Below, piece by piece: positions 52,067 through 62,929 of a stretch of 64,000 bases of DNA (the first letter of the stretch is position 1; each line of letters begins with the position of its first letter). A model generated the notes under the pieces. That model was not told where the DNA came from, did not search any database, and saw only the letters and a list, made by a program, of their open reading frames with translations. Source of the DNA: Syntrophales bacterium (GTDB lineage Bacteria > Desulfobacterota > Syntrophia > Syntrophales > UBA2210); assembly GCA_963666365.2 (NCBI GenBank), contig CAXXNF010000002.1, forward strand, positions 960,001-1,024,000, read 5' to 3'. The translations under genes were made by a program, and so were the position numbers.

Positions 52067-53767
52067 TTATTTTTCTCGTCCATAGGGCCAGGCCATGATG
52101 CCCCCTTCCATGACTTTCACATTTTTCCAGCCGGCGCCTTCGATTGCCAGTTGTGCCTCGTACCCGCGAAGCGAAATTTTGCAATAGCAGATAATCTCCT
52201 TATCTTTATCGTCGGGAAGCTCGTTAAAACGCTTACGAAGCGCACCCAGGGGGATCAGGGTTTCACCGATGCCGAGGCGCATTTCTTCAAATTCATCAGG
52301 GCCGCGCACATCGATAATAAAGGGCGCTTCTCCCCTGTCCACTCTCTGCTTGACTGCCATTGTCGAAATGCCCTTGAAACGCGTCTTCATTTTATTCTGC
52401 ATGATGTGGGCAGAGGCGATAAAATGATCGATGGCAAGCGAGAAGGGAGGCGCATAGGGAAGGTCGGAATTGACAAGATCTTCCACTGTCAGATTCCCCT
52501 GGATGGCCATCGCCCACTGGGCAATCTGCTTGCTCACATTCCCCGGTCCCACGCACTGCGCTCCCAGAATGCGGCCGGTGTGTTTGTCCGCCACCACTTT
52601 TGTGACGATCAGAAGCCCCTCCATGAACCCCGGTTTATCGGGACTTGCATTGATCACGGTAATAATGTCCTCATACCCGACCTTCTTTGCCATAGTTTCC
52701 GAAAGTCCCGTCGATCCCGCCGCATAATCAAAGACCTTGCAAATTCCTGTCTGGATGGTCCCCGGAAAGGTTACGCAATTTTCCGATGCGGCATTTTCTC
52801 CGGCGATACGGCCCTGTAAATTTGCAAGATCACCGTAAGGCGCCAGCACTTTCATCTCTGTAATGCGATTGATGGTTTCAGTGCAGTCGCCGACGGCATA
52901 GATATCGGGATCGGATGTCTGCATATAGTCGTTTACTTCAATGCCTCCGCGCTCTCCGATTTTCAATCCCGCACCCCGTGCCAAGGCGGTGTTGGGAGTG
53001 ACACCGATTGCCACAACGGCCAGTTCACAGGGGAGCTCCGTGCCGTTCTGGAGTTTAACGCCTGTCAACACACCGTTTTCTCCGAGAAAGGCCGCAATGC
53101 CATTACCGATAATCACATTTGCCGCCTTCTGCCTCACATGATTCTCCACCAGTTTGGCCAGTTCCCAATCGAGAAAGGTCAACAACTGCGGCAGCAGTTC
53201 AATCACGGTAATCTCAATACCGGCAAGCTGAAGGGCTTCACAGGTTTCAATGCCTATCAGGCCGCCGCCGATGACCGCGGCCTTTTTGATCGACTTGTCA
53301 TCACGTATTTTTCTCAAAAAGTCAGCATCTTTCATCGAGTGAAGCGTAGAAATACCCTTAAGCCCCACTCCCGGTATGGGCGGCATTTTGGGAGTGGCGC
53401 CGACGGCGAGGATCAGCTTGTCATACTCTAAGGTACCTGTTTCGTCCGTGAGCACATTGTGATATGCCACCGTGTGATTCTCTCGGTCGATGCCGGTTAC
53501 TTCGGTGTGCACCCGCGCATCGATATTTTTTGCATTCAGATAAAATTGTGGGTCTCTTGTCACACCGGTGGGTGTGCACAAGAGCATGTTCCTGTCGTCA
53601 AAATATCCCCCTACGTAATAGGGATACCCACAGGACGCCATTGAAAGGTCCGAATCTTTCTGCAAAATAATGACTTCGGCATTGTTGTCGATTCTGCGCG
53701 CCTTTGCCGCGGCTTTAGGACCGGCTGCCGATCCGCCTATCACTACAATCCTTTTTCTTTTATTCAT
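52067..53767 (-). CDS. CoA-disulfide/persulfide reductase with C-terminal rhodanese domain
   Basis: GGSAAG, S.A.CG.PY, GGG.IG.E, YAPPF, then DVR...E and YCKISLR. Confidence 0.85.
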   Translation of the reverse strand: MNKRKRIVVIGGSAAGPKAAAKARRIDNNAEVIILQKDSDLSMASCGYPYYVGGYFDDRNMLLCTPTGVTRDPQFYLNAKNIDARVHTEVTGIDRENHTVAYHNVLTDETGTLEYDKLILAVGATPKMPPIPGVGLKGISTLHSMKDADFLRKIRDDKSIKKAAVIGGGLIGIETCEALQLAGIEITVIELLPQLLTFLDWELAKLVENHVRQKAANVIIGNGIAAFLGENGVLTGVKLQNGTELPCELAVVAIGVTPNTALARGAGLKIGERGGIEVNDYMQTSDPDIYAVGDCTETINRITEMKVLAPYGDLANLQGRIAGENAASENCVTFPGTIQTGICKVFDYAAGSTGLSETMAKKVGYEDIITVINASPDKPGFMEGLLIVTKVVADKHTGRILGAQCVGPGNVSKQIAQWAMAIQGNLTVEDLVNSDLPYAPPFSLAIDHFIASAHIMQNKMKTRFKGISTMAVKQRVDRGEAPFIIDVRGPDEFEEMRLGIGETLIPLGALRKRFNELPDDKDKEIICYCKISLRGYEAQLAIEGAGWKNVKVMEGGIMAWPYGREK

Positions 53768-54118
53768 CGATTTTTCTCCTTTTTGATTGTGCCTGTTCTC
53801 CTATTGCTGATGAATGGGCGACTCTGCATCCTATGAATAGCGCAAATTGCGCGTTATATTACCACACCTGAACACTAATGTAACCTGCTGAAATGCAGCT
53901 TCGACGATTTACCTTGCAAGGAACACCGTAATTTTGTATTATCAAAAAATGTTAAAAAAGTTCACGTTCAATTACACAATATCCCTGAGTACATCATATT
54001 CATCCACGTAATTTTTCCCCTGCCTCGAATACAGATAAGTGGGAATTATCCATTTGACGCAGCAAATGATGGGGCGCCTCGTCATCTCCCCATCAAAAAT
54101 TTTACACAGGAAACAGCA

Positions 54119-55654
54119 ATGAACATATTGATGGTATATCCCCGATATCCGGTCACCTTCTGGAGTTTTAAGTACAGTCTGAAATTTGTTTCAAGGAAAA
54201 CGGCCTTCCCCCCGCTGGGGTTGCTCACGGTCGCCGCAATGCTCCCCTCCGACTGGAACATTCGCCTTGTCGATATGAACATCCGCACTTTGAAAGCTAA
54301 AGATCTCCAATGGGCCGATTATGTGATGGTCAGCGCCATGTTGATTCAAAAAGATTCCGTGGAGCATGTGCTGCAACAGTGCCGGCGGTTCGGGAAAAAG
54401 GTCATCGCCGGAGGCCCCCTCTTTACCGCGCTTCCCGACGAATATGGGAAAAAGGTCGATCACATGATTCTTCAAGAGGCGGAATGCACCCTGCCACTCT
54501 TCCTGCGGGATCTGACAGCAGGACACCCGAAAGCCATATACAGGGCAGAAGGATTCAGTGATCTGAAAGAAACACCGATTCCACGCTGGGATCTGATACG
54601 GGTGAAAGAGTATGCCACTTTGCTGGTACAGTATTCGCGGGGGTGCCCCTTCAACTGTGAATTCTGCGATGTAACGATACTCTTCGGCCACCGTCCCCGT
54701 CTGAAAACGACGGAACAGTTTTTGAAAGAACTGCAGACCATTTACGATACGGGCTGGCGGGGCAGTCTTTTCATCGTTGACGACAATTTTATCGGAAACA
54801 AACGGGCGATCAAATCGATGCTTCCGGAAGTAATCGAATGGATGCGCGATCATGATTATCCCTTTACGCTTTTTACAGAGGCATCGATCAATCTGGCCGA
54901 GGATGATGAACTGATCGACCTTATGGTGCAGGCCTGCTTTGACAGTGTCTTCGTAGGACTCGAAACTCCCAATGAGGCGAGTCTGAAAGAGTGCTCGAAG
55001 ATGCAGAATGTGAACCTCGATGTGAAGGCGGCGATACAGAAGCTTCAAAAGTCGGGGATTGAGGTGCTGGGCGGCTATATCATCGGCTTCGACAGCGATG
55101 ACGAAAACATCTTCTCACGGCAGATCAAGTTTATTCAGGAAACAGGGGTTGTCACCGCCATGGTGGGGCTGCTGCAGGCCCTTCCCAACACGAAGCTCTG
55201 GCAGCGGTTGAAGGAAGAGAACCGGCTTGCGGACTGCGCCACGGGGAACAATACCGATGGAAGCCTGAACTTCATACCGGCGATGGATAGAGCGACGCTG
55301 ATGGAAGGATATCGAAGTCTCGTAAAAACCATATACAGTCCAAAATACTATTATCAGAGGATCAGTTGTTTTCTGGAGAACTACAATAAGCCCGCCGCGT
55401 CGAAACGACGGGTCAGAGCAAGGGATATCAAAGCATTTCTGAGATCTATTCTTTATCTCGGCGTACTCGGAAACGGCGCCAGCCAGTGGTATTACTGGAA
55501 AGCGGTAATAAAGTCCGCCGCCTTCTACCGGAGGGCGTTTCCCGAAACCATCACCCTGATGGTCTTCGGCCATCACTTTCGCAAGGTGGCCAACAAGATC
55601 TATCGCAGCAGTCTGACGAAGGAACCTGCCACGGTTTCAGAGGAACTTGCCTGA
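54119..55654 (+). CDS. cobalamin-binding radical SAM protein (DUF4070-type)
   Basis: PPLGLLTVAA B12 domain and SRGCPFNCEFC. Confidence 0.88.
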   Translation: MNILMVYPRYPVTFWSFKYSLKFVSRKTAFPPLGLLTVAAMLPSDWNIRLVDMNIRTLKAKDLQWADYVMVSAMLIQKDSVEHVLQQCRRFGKKVIAGGPLFTALPDEYGKKVDHMILQEAECTLPLFLRDLTAGHPKAIYRAEGFSDLKETPIPRWDLIRVKEYATLLVQYSRGCPFNCEFCDVTILFGHRPRLKTTEQFLKELQTIYDTGWRGSLFIVDDNFIGNKRAIKSMLPEVIEWMRDHDYPFTLFTEASINLAEDDELIDLMVQACFDSVFVGLETPNEASLKECSKMQNVNLDVKAAIQKLQKSGIEVLGGYIIGFDSDDENIFSRQIKFIQETGVVTAMVGLLQALPNTKLWQRLKEENRLADCATGNNTDGSLNFIPAMDRATLMEGYRSLVKTIYSPKYYYQRISCFLENYNKPAASKRRVRARDIKAFLRSILYLGVLGNGASQWYYWKAVIKSAAFYRRAFPETITLMVFGHHFRKVANKIYRSSLTKEPATVSEELA

Positions 55655-55734
55655 TTGCCGCCGAGTGGGCCGGGATGAGAAACCACCTGAAGACCTGTGC
55701 AGAACTTCATAGAATCATCAATTTCTTCATATCG

Positions 55735-55811
55735 GCAGATCCCGAATCAAGTCCGGGAGGTATCCAGTTTTTTTACGCAATTTCTGGATTCCAGGTCAAG
55801 CCCGGGATGAT
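55735..55811. repeat. REP-like palindromic element
   Basis: gatcccgaatcaagtccggga...atccag..ctggattccaggtcaagcccgggatga. Confidence 0.5.
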
Positions 55812-55855
55812 AGAAGGGAATAAACCATGTCTCACAGTGCGCCGCATAGCTTTGC

Positions 55856-55884
55856 TTGACAGGTGAAGGGGTTCATAGTAAATT
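55856..55884 (+). promoter_or_regulatory. sigma70 promoter of the tup operon
   Basis: TTGACA-17 nt-TAAATT. Confidence 0.55.
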
Positions 55885-55964
55885 TTCGCTGTCGTTTCAG
55901 GTTAGTTCTGGTTTATATGCGTTTTTAACTGGAAGTAATTGTCTATTTCAGGAGGAGTGTTAAA

Positions 55965-56805
55965 ATGAGTTCGATCAGTAAAAAATTATTCGTGGTAGTG
56001 GTGCTTTTTTTCTGTGTACTCGGAATGTCAGTGCAGTCATTTGCGGCAGAAGAAAAGGTGCTGCAGATGGCCACCACGACAAGCACGGACAATACGGGAC
56101 TTCTGGACTATCTGGCTCCTCTTTTCAAGGCCGACACGGGTATAGAGCTTATATGGGTCGCCGTAGGCACGGGAAAGGCCCTCGCACTTGGGAAAAACTG
56201 TGACGTGGACGTTCTCCTCGTCCATGCACCGGCGGCAGAAAAAAAGTACATCGCGGAAGGTTCCGGCGTCGATAGACGTGAGGTCATGTTCAATGACTTC
56301 GTCTTTATCGGACCAAAAGCCGACAGTGCCGGCATTAAGGGAGCATCGGTAGAAGAGGCGCTCAAAAATATTTTCATCAAAAAAGGCGTCCTTTGCAAAC
56401 CGCGGCGACAACTCGGGCACGCACAAAAAGAAACTGAGTCTTTGGAAGGACTGTGCACTGCCCATTCCCGACAAGGAACCCTGGTACATTCAGACGGGAC
56501 AGGGCATGATAAACACGATAAACATAGCTGCAGAACGAGATGCCTACACGATGACCGACCGCGGCACCTTCATCAAATACGAATCTAACTGGAAGGGGAA
56601 CCCTCCCTTGTCGATACTGGTGGAAGGCGATGTGCGGCTTCGCAATCAGTACAGTGTCATTTCAGTAAATCCGGATAAATGCAAAAGTGTGCGCTTTGAC
56701 AATGCGCAGGTCTTTGCCTCGTGGGTTACTTCGGAAAAGGCGCAAAAACTGATCGCGGAATTTACACTGCTCGGGAAGCAGCTTTTCATTCCCAACGCAC
56801 AATAA
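55965..56805 (+). pseudogene. tupA: tungstate ABC transporter binding protein, +1 frameshift
   Basis: TTTS..NTGLL, VGTGKAL and VHAP in frame 0. RGDNSGTH, GQGM and TDRGT continue in the +1 frame after about 56370-56385. Confidence 0.85.
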
Positions 56806-56817
56806 GCGCAGTATCGC

Positions 56818-57507
56818 ATGGATTATATTTTTCAGGGCTTCCTGAAGGCGATAGAGCTTCTGATCGCCGGCGACGCCGAGACTTACTCGGCGGTGCTGGC
56901 CACGCTGAAAGTCACAACACTTTCGATTGTGGTAAGTCTTGTCATTGGAATTCCCCTGGGGTTCACTTTGGGGTATTTCAATTTCTAGGGAAAAAGGCAG
57001 ACGCGGGCAGTGGTGGATACGCTGCTCGCCCTTCCCACGGTGGTGGTGGGACTGCTCGTCTATGCCTTTATTTCACGCCGGGGCCCCCTGGGCGAACTGG
57101 GACTGCTTTTTACCATCCCGGGTATTGCCGTGGCGCAGACCATACTGATCACCCCTATTGTCATTTCGCTTACCGCTACAGCAATAGAAAGCCTGGACAG
57201 GCGGCTTAAAACAACCCTGATCGCACTGGGCGCCCGTGGGCGACAAATCGTTGTGACCAGTCTGCTCGAAGCGCGCTATGCGGTGATGATCGCGGCCGTG
57301 ATCGCCTATGGCAGGGCAATTTCTGAAGTGGGCGCCTCCATGATGTTCGGCGGAAACATAAAATGGCACTCCCGCACCATTACCACAGCGATCGCCCTCG
57401 AAACGGGAAAAGGAGAATTCGCAATGGGAATTGCCCTGGGCCTTGTACTTTTGGCGCTGGCCTTTTTTGTCAATTTTCTGTTGATTTTTCTGAAGCGAAG
57501 ATCGTGA
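56818..57507 (+). pseudogene. tupB: tungstate ABC transporter permease, in-frame TAG
   Basis: ATG 56818 and TAG 56986-88 (codon 57), then in frame LPTVVVGL, GRAISEVG and RTITTAIALET. Confidence 0.85.
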
Positions 57508-57715
57508 TGAACACACCGCATCTCTACAAGATAACCGATCTTACCTACCGCTACGGCAATCATTTCACACTTGTCGTACCCGACCTTGCGATCGATACCG
57601 GTTCGTCCATCGGTTTTGCAGGACCCAACGGAGGCGGAAAGAGCACCCTGCTGAAGCTTCTCGCGTTTCTCGAAGCACCGGCAGAAGGAACAATTTTTTT
57701 TGAAGACCGTAATAT

Positions 57716-59488
57716 CCTAAATTCCCGGCTTAATGTAACGAGGTTGGCGGGGCGATCCCCATTGCCTCATAAAGTTCGATTTGTTTCTTTGTCACTTCAC
57801 CTACGCGAAGTTCATACCCCGGGTACTCAAAGCATTCAATGATGTCCAGTTCATCCAGAAGCTCATGCATCGTATATTTTTTGAAAAGATTTCCATCTTG
57901 CATCTTCTTTTTGAGATAAGAAAGAAAAATAAGCGCGATAAATTCCACAAACAGCTTGCCGTCCAGACTTTGATCGGAGGACACCGCCATGCGGTTGAAA
58001 TTCAGTCGCTCTTTCAGATTTCCGAAGGCCTTTTCCATAAGATCCTTGTTCCGGTATATTTCCAGGGCTGCGATAGGTTCCCTGACCTCGTTGCTGAGTA
58101 ACACAAAAAATCCATAATTCTTTCGTGCATCAAGAAGAGCATCCTCTCTGGCAATAACCTTTGTCCCTCTTACCGGGGTGGTGGTGACATCAAAATATTT
58201 GGCGTACAGCCTGTCGTGTTCCGGAAGGGTTGCGCCGCCTTCCAATTCCTCCTGCAGACGACAAAGCAGGGCGTTGAAGTTCTTTTCATCCTCCAATGCC
58301 CGTTCACTGTTAAAATAGAGGTGCATATACATCCGGCGTTTTCCCTTAAGAATATCGCCCTTGTAAGGACGCTCCTGAGAATAGTCCCATTCTATCTTCG
58401 TGGTGCAGGCATAAAGATCATGTTTCTGATTATAGTGTGTCCAGGTACGGAGTGAATCGCGCACATTATCCAGTTCGGTCTTTACGAATTTCAACGATTT
58501 CTTTGCGGCAATCAGGAATTTCAAATGATTCCTGTACAGCTCGTTGATATTGTCCTCGCTGTAGAATCCCCTGTCCATAACCAGCTTGATCTTGTCGTAC
58601 CCAAAGAAATCGATGTCAGCCAGAAGGTTCTTCACTGTCTTCACATCGGGAATGTTGCCTGCAAGTTTTCGGTAGTAAAAAGGAAGATTGGATTCCTCCC
58701 CGAACAATAACGCGAGATTGATCTGCGGAAGCGGCTCATGATCCTTGTTCATCCCGTATCTGACCTGGCTTAAGCATCTGGAATAGCTCGATATGGAGGT
58801 CGTATCATAGGCCCAGTACTCTTTCTCGACTCGCCGTCTTCCCTGCAGCCGGAAAAACCGATTCTTGTCGTCTTCGGTAATAGATGCGAACAACTCACTG
58901 CTCCTCTGAGAAGGGATGTTTCTGCCGTAAGGATGCCTATGCGTGGCTGCCCATTTCGGAAAACGGCTCAAGGGGTTCCTGTCCTCCATGATGAGGTAGT
59001 ATGCCGTGGACAAAATCTGTTTGTATGTGCCGGGAAAGCATTTTTTCAAATCCGCGGCAATCCCGAGCTTCTCGCCGATGGCGTCAAAAAGGTATGTTGC
59101 CCCGTAAAAACTGCGGGATACATTCTCGATAGGGACCGGACCTCTTTTATGGACTTTGTCATGATTGCCGGGATCAGTGGCAACCACCCTTTTTCTGGTC
59201 GGGATGATCTCCTTTGTCTCGGGATCAACCCGTCCGATGCATCTACGTGTGGCACGAGACTGCTTTTTCTCTTTATCCCAGTAGGATAGCGATTCATAGG
59301 CATAGGTAATTCCCGTCTGCTTGCTGGTCTGATACACAATCGCCGCCATTGAGCACCCCCCCCTTTTTTATCATCGTTACATTATGCTTAACATGTAACG
59401 AGACTCAAATCAAGGAAAAATGCTCCGATCTATTAATGTTTATTCGGCTTTTATGCCTTTCATCGTTACATTATACCGGGAAGGCAGG
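57716..59488 (-). mobile_element. IS1634-type (IS4 superfamily) insertion sequence
   Basis: IRs cctaaattcccggcttaatgtaacga / cctgccttcccggtataatgtaacga and 6-bp TSD TAATAT (57710-15, 59489-94). Confidence 0.88.
57730..59349 (-). CDS. IS1634-family DDE transposase
   Basis: YDTTSISSYS, G.NKD, MDRGFYS and YR.KD..EKAF..LK. Confidence 0.9.
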   Translation of the reverse strand: MAAIVYQTSKQTGITYAYESLSYWDKEKKQSRATRRCIGRVDPETKEIIPTRKRVVATDPGNHDKVHKRGPVPIENVSRSFYGATYLFDAIGEKLGIAADLKKCFPGTYKQILSTAYYLIMEDRNPLSRFPKWAATHRHPYGRNIPSQRSSELFASITEDDKNRFFRLQGRRRVEKEYWAYDTTSISSYSRCLSQVRYGMNKDHEPLPQINLALLFGEESNLPFYYRKLAGNIPDVKTVKNLLADIDFFGYDKIKLVMDRGFYSEDNINELYRNHLKFLIAAKKSLKFVKTELDNVRDSLRTWTHYNQKHDLYACTTKIEWDYSQERPYKGDILKGKRRMYMHLYFNSERALEDEKNFNALLCRLQEELEGGATLPEHDRLYAKYFDVTTTPVRGTKVIAREDALLDARKNYGFFVLLSNEVREPIAALEIYRNKDLMEKAFGNLKERLNFNRMAVSSDQSLDGKLFVEFIALIFLSYLKKKMQDGNLFKKYTMHELLDELDIIECFEYPGYELRVGEVTKKQIELYEAMGIAPPTSLH

Positions 59489-60453
59489 TAATATTTCCGA
59501 CAGCAACGCGGCGGTGACGAGAGGAATCACGATTCTTCTGCAGGAACCTTACCTTTTAAAGCGAACTGTCTTCGACAATGTTGCCTATGGTCTGAAGGTG
59601 CGCAAACAACACGAAGGTGTCCGCTCTAGGGTATTTGAAGCCCTTGAACTGGTGGGACTCCCGCCTGCAATATTTTCAAAACGGCTGTGGTTCGAGCTTT
59701 CCGGCGGCGAAGCTCAGCGCGTTGCCCTGGCTTCGAGGCTTGTGCTGAACCCCCGCGTTTTGATACTCGACGAAACCACGGCCAGCGTCGATCATGAGAG
59801 CGCCTTTCTGATGAAAGAGGCAATACGAAAATTCAGGCATGAGTACGGCACCTCGCTGATTGTCGCGAGCCATGACCGCGTCTGGCTCAACAGCGTCACC
59901 GACAGTGTTCTGAAAATACGCAATGGACGGCTTGACTCATTTGAGGTGGAAAACATACTCATCGGACCCTGGACGCATGGAGATAAGGGCCTTTACACCA
60001 GGGTGCTCTCTGACGGCCAATCCATTGCATGCCTTGCGCCGCCCGATAAAAACGCGACGGGATTTCTCAAGAATTCCGACATTATGATTGCCGCGGAATA
60101 CTCATCTCGACTGTCAGCACAAAATATACTTGAGGGCACGATCGTGCAGATGACTGCTGACGGTCCCGATTCAGGCATTCTCGTCGATACGGCCATTGCC
60201 GAGCTGTCGCTTTCCTCCAGATTGACACAACGGAGAGCAGAGGCACTTCAGTTAATTCCCGGGAAGAAAGTCTGGCTGGTGTTCAAGGCATCATCGATCC
60301 GCTGGCGGTAACCGACACTACGCGCTGAAGGTTACTCAGAAAAAATTGATTTTTATCTCTTCCGTCGATCCGGATTTGACCCCTGATCTGTAATTATCAG
60401 CGAGGCGTCGATTCTTGGCTCCGCAGGAATGAAAGCATCTATTTACGAAACCG

Positions 60454-61179
60454 TCAAGGTTGCGATTGAATTTCAAGTGTTTCCATGTATTTTTCCGCCT
60501 CATCTCTGATCATTCTCAGATAAAGAAAGAAAATAAACAGGCTCGCCACCTGCTCAGATTGGCTGCCCTTGAGCATCTTTTCCGCAGTGATGGGTCCTTT
60601 GCCGAATATGGCAGGTAAGGTCCTCTGTATGTAGGGGTCGATTAGGTGTGTACGAATAAAATCGGCTATCTTTCTCAGGTCCTCGGGATCGTGGCCCTGC
60701 CGCGGACCCAGTTCGAACTGATCAAACTCGACAATCAGCTTGCCCAGAATAATATTTTCGTTCGAATAGACAGGGACACCCTCTACTATGCGCGGTGCAA
60801 TTACCCCCCACGCCTCCATCTTTGTCAGCCACTTCCCCCCTATTCCTGTAAGCTTCCTGAATTCCTCCCGCCCCTTTACCTCTCTTGGGAAAAGCCGTTC
60901 CAGCGGTGACAAGTACCTGTTTAATATTTGCATCTGCGAAAGATCTTTTGTCGATTCTCTCTTGTTGTAGCCCTTGAGAATTTTTTTGATCTCCGGAATC
61001 GGCATGTAGTAGTGATCGCGCAGGTCCCTGATCAGCAGAAGGGTTTCAACGTGATTCTCGGTATAGTTTGCAAGGTTTGTCTTTGACTTGCGGGGCTTTC
61101 TCAGAAGTCCCTCACGCAGGTAGTAGTGAATTGTCTCCTTTGCCGTATCCGTTCTTTTTGCAAGCTCGCTTATTTTCAT
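60454..61179 (-). CDS. MerR-family transcriptional regulator
   Basis: MKISELAKRT....ETIHYY.REGLL..P. Confidence 0.85.
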   Translation of the reverse strand: MKISELAKRTDTAKETIHYYLREGLLRKPRKSKTNLANYTENHVETLLLIRDLRDHYYMPIPEIKKILKGYNKRESTKDLSQMQILNRYLSPLERLFPREVKGREEFRKLTGIGGKWLTKMEAWGVIAPRIVEGVPVYSNENIILGKLIVEFDQFELGPRQGHDPEDLRKIADFIRTHLIDPYIQRTLPAIFGKGPITAEKMLKGSQSEQVASLFIFFLYLRMIRDEAEKYMETLEIQSQP

Positions 61180-61255
61180 CCCTTTTCTCTCTGATGAATA
61201 AATGTAAGACCGCACCCCGCGAGGGATGCGGTCACATTATACAACAGTACGTATA

Positions 61256-62611
61256 TTATTTTTTACATCTGTCCAGATTTTTGGGAAGCGGGGGCATGCA
61301 GTAACGGGCAGGGATGATAAACATCCGCCCGATGCCCGAAAGCTCATCGAACCACTTGTTCGGGTAGATGTACTCGCTTGCATAACAGTCAAAGTAGGCT
61401 TGATGGTCGCAGGCGCGCATGGTCATAATCGCACCCAGGTAATCATACTCATCGCCTTCCCACACCTTGATAATTTTTTCAGGATCAGTGCTTCCCGCCC
61501 GTTCAATAACACTCAACAGCCAGTAAGTATCGGCAATGGTTTTACCGATGGTACCGCCTGCCCATTTATACAGCAGCGTATTGTAGGGTTTTTTCCACTT
61601 TTTCCACTGATTGTGCCATTTCATGCCGAATGTTTCATCATCCGGTGTCGACATGACACTCATGAACTGATTTACATGGAGGAGTCCTTTGGTTCCCTCG
61701 GGTCCCACCATCGACAGCCCGTTCGGCTCATCCATAAAGAGATTCACAAAGGGCAGCTTCATACCCAATTCCCTGGATTGTTTTAAAAGGTTTCCCGCAT
61801 CGGGCAGCCAGTCGGCGGTGTAGATGCAATCTGCGTTCGATCCCATGATTTTGGTAATATAGGGGGCAAAATCCTTCAAATAAAGAGGATGGTATTCCTC
61901 TCCGACAATTTCGGCCTCGGGTTTGTATTTTTTCAATCCTTCCTTGAATCCATCCGCCATGGCATGACCGAAGGAGTAATCCTGGCACAATATATAAAAT
62001 TTCTTTTCCGGACGTGACGCCATGTAATATCCTGATGCCAGGCCGTGCATTGCGGTATTCATGATCGTCCTGAAGGTGTAGTCATTGTAATTCGGCGCGT
62101 CCATAAGCTGATCGGAAAGGGCCAGACAGTTCATGAAGATTTTTTTGTATTTCTTGGCGGCGCCCTGAATAACAAGTGCCAGATGGCTTCCCGAGGTGCC
62201 CCAAAGGATATCGACGTTATCCTGAAGGCAGAGCTTTTCCACTTCCTTTTTCGTTGCCACTGGTGACATTTTTGTGTCACCCTTTAAAAGCTCGATTTTC
62301 TTCTTCTTGCCGTCAACAAGAATGCCGCCCCGCGTGTTGATGTCGCGGGCAACCCAGGTGGTCACCGCCCAGAAGAGTTCTCCGTTCCCGGCGCCTGCCC
62401 CTGAAAATAATTGCATAACAGCAATTTTTATTGTGTCGCCTTCGGGGTTCACGTAATCGTTGGGATCGAAGTCGGACATATCCGATACCTTGCTCACATC
62501 AAATTTCGCATCCACTGCCATTACCGTTGAAGGGACTAACAACGCCGCCATGATCAGAAGACAACACCATGCCATCATCCACTTGTAGCACTTCACTCCC
62601 TTGATTCTCAT
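61256..62611 (-). CDS. branched-chain amino acid-type ABC solute-binding protein
   Basis: Signal peptide, IN..GG, DYSFG, DFAPYITKI and MR..DHQ. AGGAG RBS. Confidence 0.85.
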   Translation of the reverse strand: MRIKGVKCYKWMMAWCCLLIMAALLVPSTVMAVDAKFDVSKVSDMSDFDPNDYVNPEGDTIKIAVMQLFSGAGAGNGELFWAVTTWVARDINTRGGILVDGKKKKIELLKGDTKMSPVATKKEVEKLCLQDNVDILWGTSGSHLALVIQGAAKKYKKIFMNCLALSDQLMDAPNYNDYTFRTIMNTAMHGLASGYYMASRPEKKFYILCQDYSFGHAMADGFKEGLKKYKPEAEIVGEEYHPLYLKDFAPYITKIMGSNADCIYTADWLPDAGNLLKQSRELGMKLPFVNLFMDEPNGLSMVGPEGTKGLLHVNQFMSVMSTPDDETFGMKWHNQWKKWKKPYNTLLYKWAGGTIGKTIADTYWLLSVIERAGSTDPEKIIKVWEGDEYDYLGAIMTMRACDHQAYFDCYASEYIYPNKWFDELSGIGRMFIIPARYCMPPLPKNLDRCKK

Positions 62612-62929
62612 ACACGCTCTCCTTTTTGTTATGATATGTTTTATACGATTACAAACCCCCTGAGACTCATCTTTGGAGATTCGCACATCCCTTCGCTAAC
62701 CTCAGGAGCAGGCACTATAAAAATAAGTATGCACGGAATAATTATCCCCCCCAGATAGTGGCCTTATTCCTATCACAACCACGGCAAAATCGTCAACAAG
62801 TATTATTAATATTATTTTATTTTTATATTTATTCTCATATATTCAGTCATTTATGCATATACTGTTATCTATGCTCCACATATAGTCTTTTTCATGAGAC
62901 ACCATGCGAAGCGTGTCCGTGAGGATAAT

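Larger units (their letters stand above)
57507..60311 (+). pseudogene. tupC: tungstate ABC transporter ATPase (with TOBE domain), split by IS
   Basis: Walker A GPNGGGKST before 57715. Q-loop, LSGGE, LDE and SH come after 59489. Removing the IS and one TSD copy restores the frame (EDRNISDSN). Confidence 0.88.

Noticed and set aside
55885..55930. ModE-type operator upstream of tupA
   Set aside because: No convincing palindrome.
56370..56390. Programmed frameshift at AAAAAAG in tupA
   Set aside because: A +1 shift is needed, while this heptamer promotes -1 and is in the wrong phase. An indel or sequencing error is more likely.
56986..56988. Pyrrolysine or amber read-through in tupB
   Set aside because: There is no pyl context in the window, and both neighbouring genes are also broken.
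57363..60311. Track ORFs 57363-57842 and 59349-60311 as independent genes
   Set aside because: They are the two halves of tupC extended into flanking or IS sequence.
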